From positions 2,624,001-2,688,000 of the forward strand of contig CATQHZ020000001.1 in the NCBI GenBank assembly GCA_958296135.2: a stretch of 64,000 nt of DNA, given 5' to 3'. Of the stretch, positions 9,516 to 20,417 are shown piece by piece (position 1 is the stretch's first letter; each line of letters begins with the position of its first letter). The stretch is from an uncultured Poribacteria bacterium (GTDB taxonomy: Bacteria; Poribacteria; WGA-4E; WGA-3G). The notes beneath the pieces were generated by a model. That model was not told the origin of the DNA. It did no database searches and worked only from the letters and a program-made list of their open reading frames with translations. The position numbers were made by a program, and so were the translations under genes.

Positions 9516-10411
9516 TTTATCTGTTCCGCAGCACTCTGTGCTACCAACGCTTTAAACAACTCCCGTTGTCGTTCAGTCAGCGCGAGCGGGACAATGCCCT
9601 CCACGCCATCGCGTCCGATTTTCGCAGGCACGTTCAAGTAAACCGATACCTGCCCGGCCGAAACAGGGGTGCCGAGGCTCATCACCCGTTTTTTATCCCG
9701 GACGATAGCCGAAACAACCTGTAAAATATGGCTCGCCAGCGTGTAACCCCCCTCGGAACAAGAGGCACAAGACTTTGCACTGTCCATTTTTGCACTGTCT
9801 ACTAACGCCTCAACCTCGGCTTCGGGCATCAACTGCGCGAGCGGAATACCGTTGACTCGGCAGTACTGCGGAAGGGGATGCGTGCCCTGGTCGTTCCCAA
9901 TCGCTAGCGCGCTCACATCTTTTACCGAAACGCCGAGCTGCGCCGCAATACGGTATATCAGGTGTGCCGTGGCAGTGCCATTTCCGAGCCCCATAACCCG
10001 CGCGTCACCGCCGATAGCCTGATGCATCCACGCAGCAACGTAATTCGCCGGAGACATCGCCACCAAAACCTTGGCATCTGGTGCCAACTCCTTGATGCCC
10101 GGTGCAACCTGCCGTGCAAGCGCGAGACTCACCGTCTTAGAGGCTTGGGCAGAACGGAAAGCGGTTTGGCCCGCCGGCGGCAGCACGACGACGATGTCTG
10201 CACCCGACAACCCATCCAGTGAATGGGAGAAGGAAATCGCCGTGTCGCTGGCACAGAGCGCGTTGGCTTTGGCAAGTTCCTCTGGGTTTCCTTGCGCGCG
10301 CGCAGCATGCATGCCTGTCACAAAGGCGAGCTCACTCACCAATTCTGATTGTCCCAAACCCCAGGCAACTGTCTGAGCGAACGGACTATTTCCAAACAAA
10401 ACTATTTTCAT
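9512..10411 (-). CDS. Malate/lactate dehydrogenase-fold protein with degenerate active site
   Basis: LDH/MDH scaffold (GADIVVV, APDAKVLV, RVMG, LGVSVKDV, VNGIPL, DKKRV, VPAKIGRDGVE) without GxGxxG or the catalytic residues. Confidence 0.75.
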   Translation of the reverse strand: MKIVLFGNSPFAQTVAWGLGQSELVSELAFVTGMHAARAQGNPEELAKANALCASDTAISFSHSLDGLSGADIVVVLPPAGQTAFRSAQASKTVSLALARQVAPGIKELAPDAKVLVAMSPANYVAAWMHQAIGGDARVMGLGNGTATAHLIYRIAAQLGVSVKDVSALAIGNDQGTHPLPQYCRVNGIPLAQLMPEAEVEALVDSAKMDSAKSCASCSEGGYTLASHILQVVSAIVRDKKRVMSLGTPVSAGQVSVYLNVPAKIGRDGVEGIVPLALTERQRELFKALVAQSAAEQIK

Positions 10412-10472
10412 TAACTATCCTCAAGACAAACGATAAACCGCCCGACTACGAACCGGTCTCTAATTCCAACCT

Positions 10473-10502
10473 GTAGTTCGGGCTCGGGCGAGCCCGAACT
10501 AC
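10473..10502. repeat. REP family E perfect palindrome GTAGTTCGGGCTC-GGGC-GAGCCCGAACTAC
   Basis: 13-bp stem; related half-elements near 33500 and 48838. Confidence 0.75.
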
Positions 10503-10567
10503 AGACGCGAAAAAAATCAACGTCATTTAGCATCGGAAGCACTCAAACAGCAACGAAAAGCATCCGC

Positions 10568-13387
10568 CTACAACAGCGTCTCAACGATCGCCTGAAACTG
10601 CGCCTCCAGGTGCTGACGCTGGCTGTCCATCTCTGAACCGGCTGCCAACTTTGTCGCCACCAGCTCGTCATAGCGTTCGACGTATTCCATCAAGGACTCC
10701 ACCTCTTTTTCATAACAAATCGCAGCGGCGAGGACCTTCTCTTTCAGCAACAGCGGGAGTTCCGCCTCCGTAATCTGAGTCAACTCCCATCGCCACACCT
10801 TTTCGGAGATATGGCCGACAAACTGATTCATCAGCTCACCCTGATACTCGGTGTTTTGAAGTGCCTTGACTTCTTGAACTAAGCCTAACACGTGGTTGAA
10901 GAGTTCGTCCGGGAACTGCTTCCGCAAGTCCATCAGGAGCCTCCCTGTCGTGGATATCGGGAGATGGTTCTGCAAGAGGAACATCCGCAAATTCGGATAA
11001 TCTGCCACGGTCTTGCAATCGTCAAGCCATGTCTCTCCGATTGCCGGCAAGTCGCTCAAATCGAAACTGAGCACCTGGTTCTTCCGAATGTCTTCTAGCG
11101 CGGCGGCACGCGGATTGAGGCCCGCCTCGGCTAAAGTGACGAACGCCTCTTCCTGCCGGTAAGGTTTCAGGAAATCGATGAGATCTGTCACCTTCACCTG
11201 TGCCGCCTCAAGCACCTCAAGGGTATCGGTATCCACGGCTTTCCGCGTCTGTCCCTGGTTCCGATTCTTCCGCTTCTTGGGCGCGTTCGCGAGGCGGTTC
11301 GCGCGCTTCGCCAACGTCTCACGGTAACCCTGCAATTCCTCACGGAGCTGGGAGAGAAGCAGATCTCCGTGGATGGCGAGCATCTCTTCCGTCGTAATTT
11401 CTGCCAATTCGTGCCCTGTTTTCGCGTTGAGGCCGCGATTCAGGTGCCGCTCTAACGTCTTCCGGTCTTTCTCACCTTGGATGATAAGGGTGCTCCCCAA
11501 AGTCAGGTTAATAAGCCGCTTCGTCTGATGTGGCACACTGAGCGTGATGTCGCACGTCGGCTGAAACTTCTCCAGCAATTGCTCCCGCAACTTCCCATTC
11601 AGCACGAGCGTCCACAAAGTTGCGTAGTGCTGCGCCTTGTCCGCGCCCTGCGAGGGCGTGTTTTCCAGCCATCGCTTTATCGTGGGAAAACGCGCTTTCA
11701 CATAGTTCAGCAGTTCCGTAGCATCGTCATCAGAGATTTCAAACCCTGCAAAATCGGGCGTGCCCCTGCGCTGTGCCTGCTGCCGTCTGCGCTGCGCCAA
11801 TGCCGTTTTCGGCGCAAGCAACAGATTGACTAACGGCCGAATAAACGCCTCAAAATCTTGCCGATGCTGACTCGCGAAGTTCGCCACCGCCAGCAATTCT
11901 AGCCAGATAGTGCGCAGACGTTCAATCTGCCGCGCGTGGTAGGTTGAATGGAGCTCGATGCCAGCGATTTTCTGCCGCACGCTCGCGCGCGTCCATGCCG
12001 GCAGATACATCTCATCCAGAAACTCGCCGTTCTCAAAGGTTAAGAGCTCCACCGGGGCGACAAGCCCCGCACCGATGAAGTCTGTCTCAAAAACCAGCTC
12101 ATGAACCAAACCCGCCGCTCTATCCAACACCTGATTCGTCAGTCGGTAACTCGCCTGAATCAGGTGGTTCAGCGTCAGTTGTTGGCTATCCTGCAGCTGC
12201 CAAAATTCTATCATCGCATCGATGCACCGCGTGAGTGCTTCTACCTTTGACGTTGCAGCTTCTTCCTCAAAATGTTCGGTGAGATAGGCGGCGTAGTAGT
12301 CCACAAACGCCGCGATAGTATTCCGCAACTCCTGAGTCACAAGGCCATCCCAAACCTTGTTGTGGACGCGTTGACCCGGGCTCAGCACGAGAGCCCGCAA
12401 CCGAGTTTCCACACCTTGTTGGAATTGCGCCATCAGTTGATAGGCGTGTTGGTTCGCCTTCACCATATACGTTTCAACGTACTCGGAACTCTTATGAATC
12501 GCCGCTTCAAGCTGTTCGGGGGACGCGGTGAGTGCAATAGGCACCAACTTCAGGACTTCCGGTTCAAGCGGATCATAAACGGCAGCCGTCGCGAGGACTT
12601 CCACAGATTGGGAAGCCGCCGCTTCATCTGTCGTTTCCGCTTCTGCCGCGTCGTCGTGTCTCAGTCCCGCCTTATCAGCCAACCGAGTTTGCAGGTTAAG
12701 ACAGTATCCTAAATCAATGAAATCCGGATACTGCCGAATATGCGTCCGCAGCACGACAAGTAGCACATCGTGATGCTCATCCGCCTGAAGTGTCTCCATC
12801 AACACATCTTCGTTCAGATGGAGGCGATGGATGTGTGTCTGCTCTGGGATAATCACCGTCGCGGGTGGAATAGTCCCAGCATCGTCATCAGGAGGTTGCG
12901 CGAGGATGTATCCTCCTGTTTTGATAGTGCTAGGCACTGCCAAGCGGGCTTGCAAGATTTCCTGCGCGAGCTCCGAAAGCTTAAGCGAAGTGCCTAAGTG
13001 TTGAACGAGAATCTCAGAAAGAACACCATCCGCAAAATCGGTGATTTGGCGCGCGTTGCGTTCTAACTCCTGGATGCTCCGATGGACTCTGTCGTAGTCG
13101 TCAAGCGTCTCAGCAGAGATACGCGCCTCGTCAATCCAAGACACCCATGCCCCAGGGCGCGGTTTCATCTTGAGCGTGAAACTGCCATCTTCTGCATCAA
13201 AGCCGGGCAGAATCTCGCTCTCGGAAGTCTCCTTGGGCGTCCAGACGATGAGGTGCTTGTCACCCTTCACACCGAGCGCGAGCCCGAAGGTATCGCCCCA
13301 GCTCATCCGGCCCTCAAGACTGGCCTTGATTTTGTCGGTTAACGCGTGGAGCGTATCTGTTTGAAAATTCAGTGATAAACTATGCAT
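10568..13387 (-). CDS. Large hypothetical, mostly helical protein (939 aa)
   Basis: Long ORF with normal codon usage; no recognised motif, signal peptide or TM segment. Confidence 0.75.
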   Translation of the reverse strand: MHSLSLNFQTDTLHALTDKIKASLEGRMSWGDTFGLALGVKGDKHLIVWTPKETSESEILPGFDAEDGSFTLKMKPRPGAWVSWIDEARISAETLDDYDRVHRSIQELERNARQITDFADGVLSEILVQHLGTSLKLSELAQEILQARLAVPSTIKTGGYILAQPPDDDAGTIPPATVIIPEQTHIHRLHLNEDVLMETLQADEHHDVLLVVLRTHIRQYPDFIDLGYCLNLQTRLADKAGLRHDDAAEAETTDEAAASQSVEVLATAAVYDPLEPEVLKLVPIALTASPEQLEAAIHKSSEYVETYMVKANQHAYQLMAQFQQGVETRLRALVLSPGQRVHNKVWDGLVTQELRNTIAAFVDYYAAYLTEHFEEEAATSKVEALTRCIDAMIEFWQLQDSQQLTLNHLIQASYRLTNQVLDRAAGLVHELVFETDFIGAGLVAPVELLTFENGEFLDEMYLPAWTRASVRQKIAGIELHSTYHARQIERLRTIWLELLAVANFASQHRQDFEAFIRPLVNLLLAPKTALAQRRRQQAQRRGTPDFAGFEISDDDATELLNYVKARFPTIKRWLENTPSQGADKAQHYATLWTLVLNGKLREQLLEKFQPTCDITLSVPHQTKRLINLTLGSTLIIQGEKDRKTLERHLNRGLNAKTGHELAEITTEEMLAIHGDLLLSQLREELQGYRETLAKRANRLANAPKKRKNRNQGQTRKAVDTDTLEVLEAAQVKVTDLIDFLKPYRQEEAFVTLAEAGLNPRAAALEDIRKNQVLSFDLSDLPAIGETWLDDCKTVADYPNLRMFLLQNHLPISTTGRLLMDLRKQFPDELFNHVLGLVQEVKALQNTEYQGELMNQFVGHISEKVWRWELTQITEAELPLLLKEKVLAAAICYEKEVESLMEYVERYDELVATKLAAGSEMDSQRQHLEAQFQAIVETLL

Positions 13388-13444
13388 TGGGTTGATTCAA
13401 AACTACTGTCGTCAAAAATGGCGTATGCCTCAATCTAATAGCGG

Positions 13445-14011
13445 TTACGCTAGAAAAACTGCCTCTCCTATTTCAAGCCCCCACACATCCCATCCCGGGC
13501 TCTGTTTGCGGGCGAAAAGTTCAATCTTACGTTGAGCTGGAAACATCGCGGCAATCCGGTCACGCACTGCATCCGGTTTCTCAGAATGGCGCGTCCGTTT
13601 GGATCGGACAAGCTGCTTGACGTTCCTCGCGCCCCTCGGCTGTGGAATCTTGCCGCGTTTGAAAACAAGGCACAACTCGCACTGGCTCATCGTGTAAAAA
13701 CCGGGGTTAACAGACTCCTTATCCCAAACAAACGCCACTGTCACCCACTGAAACCCCCACGCCTTGCCGAGTCCTATCGCCTGGTCCAAATGCGGCGACG
13801 AACTCCACATAAAGAGGAGACAATCCTCGGCACTGATAGCGGCGATATCCCACGCCGCCATGTCCGAAACGGAAACCGTGGGATAATGCCGAATCGCGCC
13901 GCCGCTATCCCTACCACCGGCACCGGTGTGCTGGAGTTGCCCCTTGTAATCCCACGGCGGATCAGCGTAGATGATGGCATACCGTTTGTTTGGAAACGGC
14001 GCATGCCGCAT
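13445..14011 (-). CDS. MT-A70 family adenine methyltransferase
   Basis: IIYADPPW, LFMW, AWGF, ELCLV.KRG, HSEKPD, KIELFAR and GWDVWG; likely ATG just after the nuoI stop. Confidence 0.9.
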   Translation of the reverse strand: MRHAPFPNKRYAIIYADPPWDYKGQLQHTGAGGRDSGGAIRHYPTVSVSDMAAWDIAAISAEDCLLFMWSSSPHLDQAIGLGKAWGFQWVTVAFVWDKESVNPGFYTMSQCELCLVFKRGKIPQPRGARNVKQLVRSKRTRHSEKPDAVRDRIAAMFPAQRKIELFARKQSPGWDVWGLEIGEAVFLA

Positions 14012-14018
14012 CGCGCGC

Positions 14019-14567
14019 CTACTGTGCTTCAACACTGAGCCCCTCTTGTGCGATATCGTTGTTCGCAACAAGCATGTCCCGGTCGAAAATGAAATCCTTG
14101 CGGTTGCTACCGAGGCTTTCTCCCTCTTGCTGGCGTTCACGGAAGTATTGCGGCAACGTCAAGCCGGTCATCCGGATGGCATCCTCAGGACATGCCTCAA
14201 CGCAGTAACCGCAAAAGATGCACCGAAGCATGTTAATCTCAAAGACATCTGGATACTTCTCGCGCGGGTAGCCCTCCTGCGTCGTCCAGCCCTCAGGCGC
14301 AGGCGAAGCCTGAATCGTGATGCAATCGGCCGGACACGCAGTAGCGCACAAGAAGCACGCGACACACTTAATCTCGTCTTTGTCCGTCGTCGTCAACTTG
14401 TGAATCCCCCGATACCGCTCGTTGCGTTCATTGACGCTCCTCGGGTCTTCGGGATACTGATAGGTGAGTTTCTTCTTCGGGATATGCTTCAACGTCGTGA
14501 ACATCCCCTTGAGCAAAGCCGGGATATAGAGTCTATCCCAAAACGACATTTCTTCGTTGACTTTCAT
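14019..14567 (-). CDS. nuoI: NADH-quinone oxidoreductase subunit I (2x[4Fe-4S])
   Basis: TYQYPE, RYRGIH, CVACFLCATACP and FEINMLRCIFCGYCVEACP. Confidence 0.9.
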   Translation of the reverse strand: MKVNEEMSFWDRLYIPALLKGMFTTLKHIPKKKLTYQYPEDPRSVNERNERYRGIHKLTTTDKDEIKCVACFLCATACPADCITIQASPAPEGWTTQEGYPREKYPDVFEINMLRCIFCGYCVEACPEDAIRMTGLTLPQYFRERQQEGESLGSNRKDFIFDRDMLVANNDIAQEGLSVEAQ

Positions 14568-14654
14568 AACAGCGTTCCTTTCTCGGTTAGGACAGACGCA
14601 GAACAAACCTATAGAGCATTGTAGCATTTGCGTCTATCCTGTTGATAGTATCAA

Positions 14655-16166
<1,512 letters not shown>

Positions 16167-16326
16167 TTACACTATAAAACAGAAACCCTATCCTTTCGCC
16201 TGCGCGATGCAGGTTTCTGAACGTTTTTCTCACCAACGATGACATTATTATTACATAGTTGCACTTTTTTGTCAAGAAATTTCATCTTTTTTTTTTAACA
16301 ATTTCGTCTGGGTGGCCGCATTTGCA

Positions 16327-16476
16327 GTAGGAGAGACATCCCGCGTCTCGATTTTCTGCAGTAGGAGAGACCTCCCGGTCTCAATGTGCATGGTATCACG
16401 GCTCAATATGCGCGGTATCGGGACAAGGATGTCCCGCCTACTGCCCGTGGTATTGGGACAAGGATGTCCCGCCTAC
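16327..16476. repeat. BIME-like cluster of family A REPs: two forward (16327, 16361) and two inverted (ending 16441, 16476)
   Basis: GTAGGAGAGAC..CCCG.GTCTC.AT twice, then AT.GGGACAAGGATGTCCCGCCTAC twice. Confidence 0.8.
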
Positions 16477-16485
16477 CGCCTGTCG

Positions 16486-16815
16486 TTAGGGCCGATTAGC
16501 AAAGAAACTGACGACAGCCGCGACGAGCGCGCTCGCCGCACCCACGATGATACCGAGCACCGTCCGATTGCGCTTCGCGTGCTTATCGCGCTCCTCCAAC
16601 TTTGTGAGGATGACGCGCACATCCGCGCGTATCTCTTCCACGGCAAGCTGCAACACCTGCACCTTCTCATTCACAGCCTGGATGCCGCGGCGATTCTCGT
16701 CAATACGGCGACCGTTCTCGTCAATCCCCCGGCGGTTATAGGAGACTTCGCCTTCCAAGCGCACCAAACGCTCTTTCACGTCCTCCTTAAATTCCCGAAA
16801 TTCTTTCTCAGTCAT
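16486..16815 (-). CDS. Small coiled-coil protein with C-terminal TM anchor
   Basis: IDENxRR heptad repeats, tail VLGIIVGAASALVAAVVSFF; AGGGAG RBS. Confidence 0.7.
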   Translation of the reverse strand: MTEKEFREFKEDVKERLVRLEGEVSYNRRGIDENGRRIDENRRGIQAVNEKVQVLQLAVEEIRADVRVILTKLEERDKHAKRNRTVLGIIVGAASALVAAVVSFFANRP

Positions 16816-16993
16816 GATTCAACTCCCTTTTTTATCGGCGGCGGACAGCGACACCCCCACTCGGTTAGGTTTATTGCGGCAGGGCAGCATTATTCAGTGC
16901 CGCTTAGATTGCCGCGAGGCAAGTTTTGTTAAGTCAAAATTGATACAAAACATAGTTTACCACAAAATCAAATTTATTGCAAAGAATTTTTCT

Positions 16994-17022
16994 TGACATT
17001 TCCCCCAAAATATCGTATAATA
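16994..17022 (+). promoter_or_regulatory. Consensus sigma70 promoter of the mod gene
   Basis: TTGACA-17bp-TATAAT; a divergent TTGCAA-17bp-TAAACT promoter lies on the minus strand at about 16954-16982. Confidence 0.75.
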
Positions 17023-17081
17023 TATAGTATCAAGACAGACGCAGAACAACCAGCGACATTCGCGACAACAGGAGCCGCAAC

Positions 17082-20000
17082 GTGCAAACAGCACAACAAA
17101 AACTACAAACCCTACTCAAGTCCCTCTTCCGCGCCGACGCGGCAGACCTGGATTTCGGCATCTACCGCATCATCAACTACCGCCGCGCACAGTTCGAGAA
17201 GTTCATCAACCACGAACTCCCAAAACGCGTCAACGCCGCCCTTGACGCAAACGCCGATGCCGAAGACACGTATCAACGCATCGCCGAACTCCAGAACCAG
17301 ATTCGCCAAACCCTCGGCGACAATGTGTTGGATGCCGATGGAAATCTCATCAATGAGAACTTCAAAGCAACCCCTTTGGGACAAGAATATCTCACGGAGA
17401 GCGCGCAACTCGGCTCCCCGCACTCCCGAGCACAACGAGAAGAAGCAATCTTCAACCATCTCTACACCTTCTTCTCCCGCTACTACGAAACCGGCGACTT
17501 CATCCCACGCCGACGCTACGCGCAAACCGAACGATACGCCATCCCATATAACGGCGAAGAAATCTACCTACACTGGGCAAACCGCGAACAGTATTATGTC
17601 AAGAGCGGCGAACACTTCTCCGCTTATCAATTCACCACGCAAGGAATGTCCATCACCTTCGAGCTGCGCGACATAGACGTTGAAAAAGACAACGTCCAAG
17701 GCACAAAACGATTCTTCATCCCCATCGCCGACGAAGTAGCCTGCACCGACTCCGAAATCCGCATACCCTTTGAATTCCGGCCCCTCACCGATGACGAGAA
17801 GCAACGCTATACCGGCACAAAGCAGCAAGATAAAATTGTCAACGCCGCCGAAGAGGACATCTTAAAACGCGTAACCGGCAATTTTAACGCGCTCGCGGCA
17901 CTGGAGCAACGCATCGGCGATGTGACAACGCTCAAAAAGCACCTGCGCGCCTATACCCGCGGCAACACCGCCGACTTCTTCATCCACAAAGACCTTGGCG
18001 GCTTCCTCTCCCGAGAACTTGACTTCTACCTCAAAAACGAAGTCGTGCAACTCACCAACCTCATAGAAAATACTATACAGACAACAAGTAAATGGGGGGG
18101 GGCGAGTGGCTTGAAACCGCACGAACCGTTCACACCATCGCCACCGACATCATCACCTTCCTCGCGCACATTGAGGAGTTCCAGAAACGTCTCTGGCTAA
18201 AAAAGAAGTTCGTCCTCTCCACCGAATACTGCATGACGCTCGACCGGGTGCCAGAGGAATTCTACCTCGAGATCACCGAGAATACTGCGCAACGCAACGC
18301 GTGGAAATCCCTCTTCAGCATCAACGAAATCAACGGCAACCTCATCGGCGAAGACTATTCCGAACCCTTAACCGTCGATTTCCTCAAGCAACACCCGAAC
18401 ATCGTCTTGGATACCTGCCACTTCTCCACCGATTTCAAAGACCGGCTCGTGGCATGCTTTGACACTCTGGATGCCGAAACCGATGGACTTCTCATCCACG
18501 GCGAGAACTTCCAAGCGTTAAACCTCCTCACGGCGAGATACCGCGAATCCCTCAAAGCCATTTACATCGATCCGCCTTACAACACGAACGCTTCGGCGAT
18601 TATGTATAAGAACAACTATAAGGATTCGTCGTGGATGTCACTAATGGCAGACCGAATTGCTGTCTCTCGCGAGTTGTTGGCAGATAACGGGACTCTCTGT
18701 ATCGCGATTGATGATGTTGAGGCTTCCAATCTCCGGATCCTCCTTCAGCAGTTATTTGGAAAAGAAAATGAGTTGGGAATCGTGGCAATTCGCTCTAACC
18801 CAGGAGGGAATGCAAGCCCAACAGGATTTTCTTCCGCCCACGAATACGTTATGTTATTTGGCATGACAGAAACTTCACAAGTAGGAAAGCTGGAATGGAC
18901 AGCCGAACAACTTAAGAGTTATAGGCATGCCGATACGCAAGGCCGCTTTAAATGGGCTGCCCTTAGAAGAGGCGACGGACCTAATAATGTGCGTACTGCA
19001 CGGCCACGTCTTTTCTATCCTCTCTTTGCCAAGGATGGAAAGGTCCGAATTCCCAAAATGGAGTGGGACAGCGAAAACCGAGAATGGCACCTCTTGGAGT
19101 CCCCACAGACCGGCGAAACAGCTGTTTTACCGGCGAAACCGAGCGACGGCAAAGAATTAACTTGGAGATATCAGGTTGAAACTCTTGAAGGGAAGTTATC
19201 GGAACTACGCGCGAAAACTACCCAAAACGACGATATCGCTATTCACGTTAAATGGTACCTGAAAAAGGCAGGTGTGCTGCCAAAAACGTGGTGGGACAAG
19301 AAATCATACTCAGCCCCGAGATATGGAACTATGTTTCTGACGAAGATGCTCGGCGATAATATGGCATTTACGTTTCCGAAATCTATCCATCTGCTTGAGG
19401 ATTGCCTGCGCATCTCTTCACTTGGTAAAGAGGATGTTGTCCTAGACTACTTCGGCGGCTCCGGCACCACTGCCCACGCCGCCATCAACCTCAACCGCCA
19501 AGATGGCGGCAAGCGCAAATACATCCTCGTAGAGATGGGGCATCACTTTGACACCGTCCTCAAACCCCGCGTCATGAAGGCAATTTACGCCGAGCAGTGG
19601 AAAGAGGGCAAACCTATTTCGCGAGAGAGTCGCCTCTCGCACATCATCAAATACCAGCGCATCGAATCTTACGAAGACGCGCTCAACAACATCGAATTCG
19701 CCCAGACAGACGATGCGCAGACATTTCTTAACGAACATCGGCTCAGCTACATGCTCGACCGGGAAACCCGCGAGAGCCCGACGTTCTTGAACGTGGAGGA
19801 ACTGAAAAGTCCGTTCAGTTATCAACTCAACATCGTCAACGGCTTAACCGTGCAAACGCAGGAGGTGGATTTACCCGAGACGTTCAACTATCTTTTGGGC
19901 ATGCCGGTCCAAACCCGGCGGTGCTTGAGGGACGGTGACAGACGTTATCTCATCTACCGCGGCACTGTTGGCAGCAAAAACGCTGTCATCATCTGGCGCG

Positions 20001-20173
20001 AAACCGCTGGGTGGGGTCCGTCGGATTATGAGCGAGATTACCGTTTCATTGAGGAGCATCACCTAACCGAAGGCGTGGATGAGGTTTATGTGAACACGTC
20101 CAGCGTTATCCCGGATGCGCGCGTCTTGGATGCGCTCTTCAAACGCTTAATGTTTGAGACGCAATTGGGCTGA
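17082..20173 (+). CDS. mod: Type III R-M methyltransferase (Mod), frameshifted at a G9 tract (18094-18102) into ORFs 17082-18200 and 18092-20173
   Basis: N-part LDFGIYRI..YFVKS-like..DFFIHKDL; C-part IHGENFQAL, IYIDPPYN, DYFGGSGTT and VDLPETFNYL; G10 or G7 would fuse the two frames. Confidence 0.88.
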
Positions 20174-20208
20174 TTCGTCTCAATGCATCCCCGTAGCGCG
20201 GGGGCCGT

Positions 20209-20302
20209 CACGGTCACGCCTACAGAAAACGTGCGTGTGTCGCCCCGCGTAAACACGGTCACGCCTACAGAAAACGTGCGTGTGTCGCCCCGCGTAAACA
20301 CG
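20209..20302 (+). repeat. Two tandem 45-bp copies (ACGGTCACGCCTACAGAAAACGTGCGTGTGTCGCCCCGCGTAAAC) preceded by a GTAG REP at 20193
   Basis: Exact direct repeat; a near-identical unit occurs at about 42421-42480. Confidence 0.85.
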
Positions 20303-20417
20303 CTACCTTACTTTAACTTTGTCATCTGCTGCAGCCTCGCTGCAGAGATGTCCACTGTCCCCCGCGAGCGTTGCGTCACCGGCGGGCGTGAGCCTGTCCC
20401 TACAAGGAACACCCTTT

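Noticed and set aside
20319-20417. Long N-terminal extensions in the ORF track (res; also starts at 14140, 34386, 37040, 40444, 57307, 60502 and 63677)
   Set aside because: They run through repeats, promoters or adjacent genes, while downstream starts have better RBSs or fit the family N-termini.
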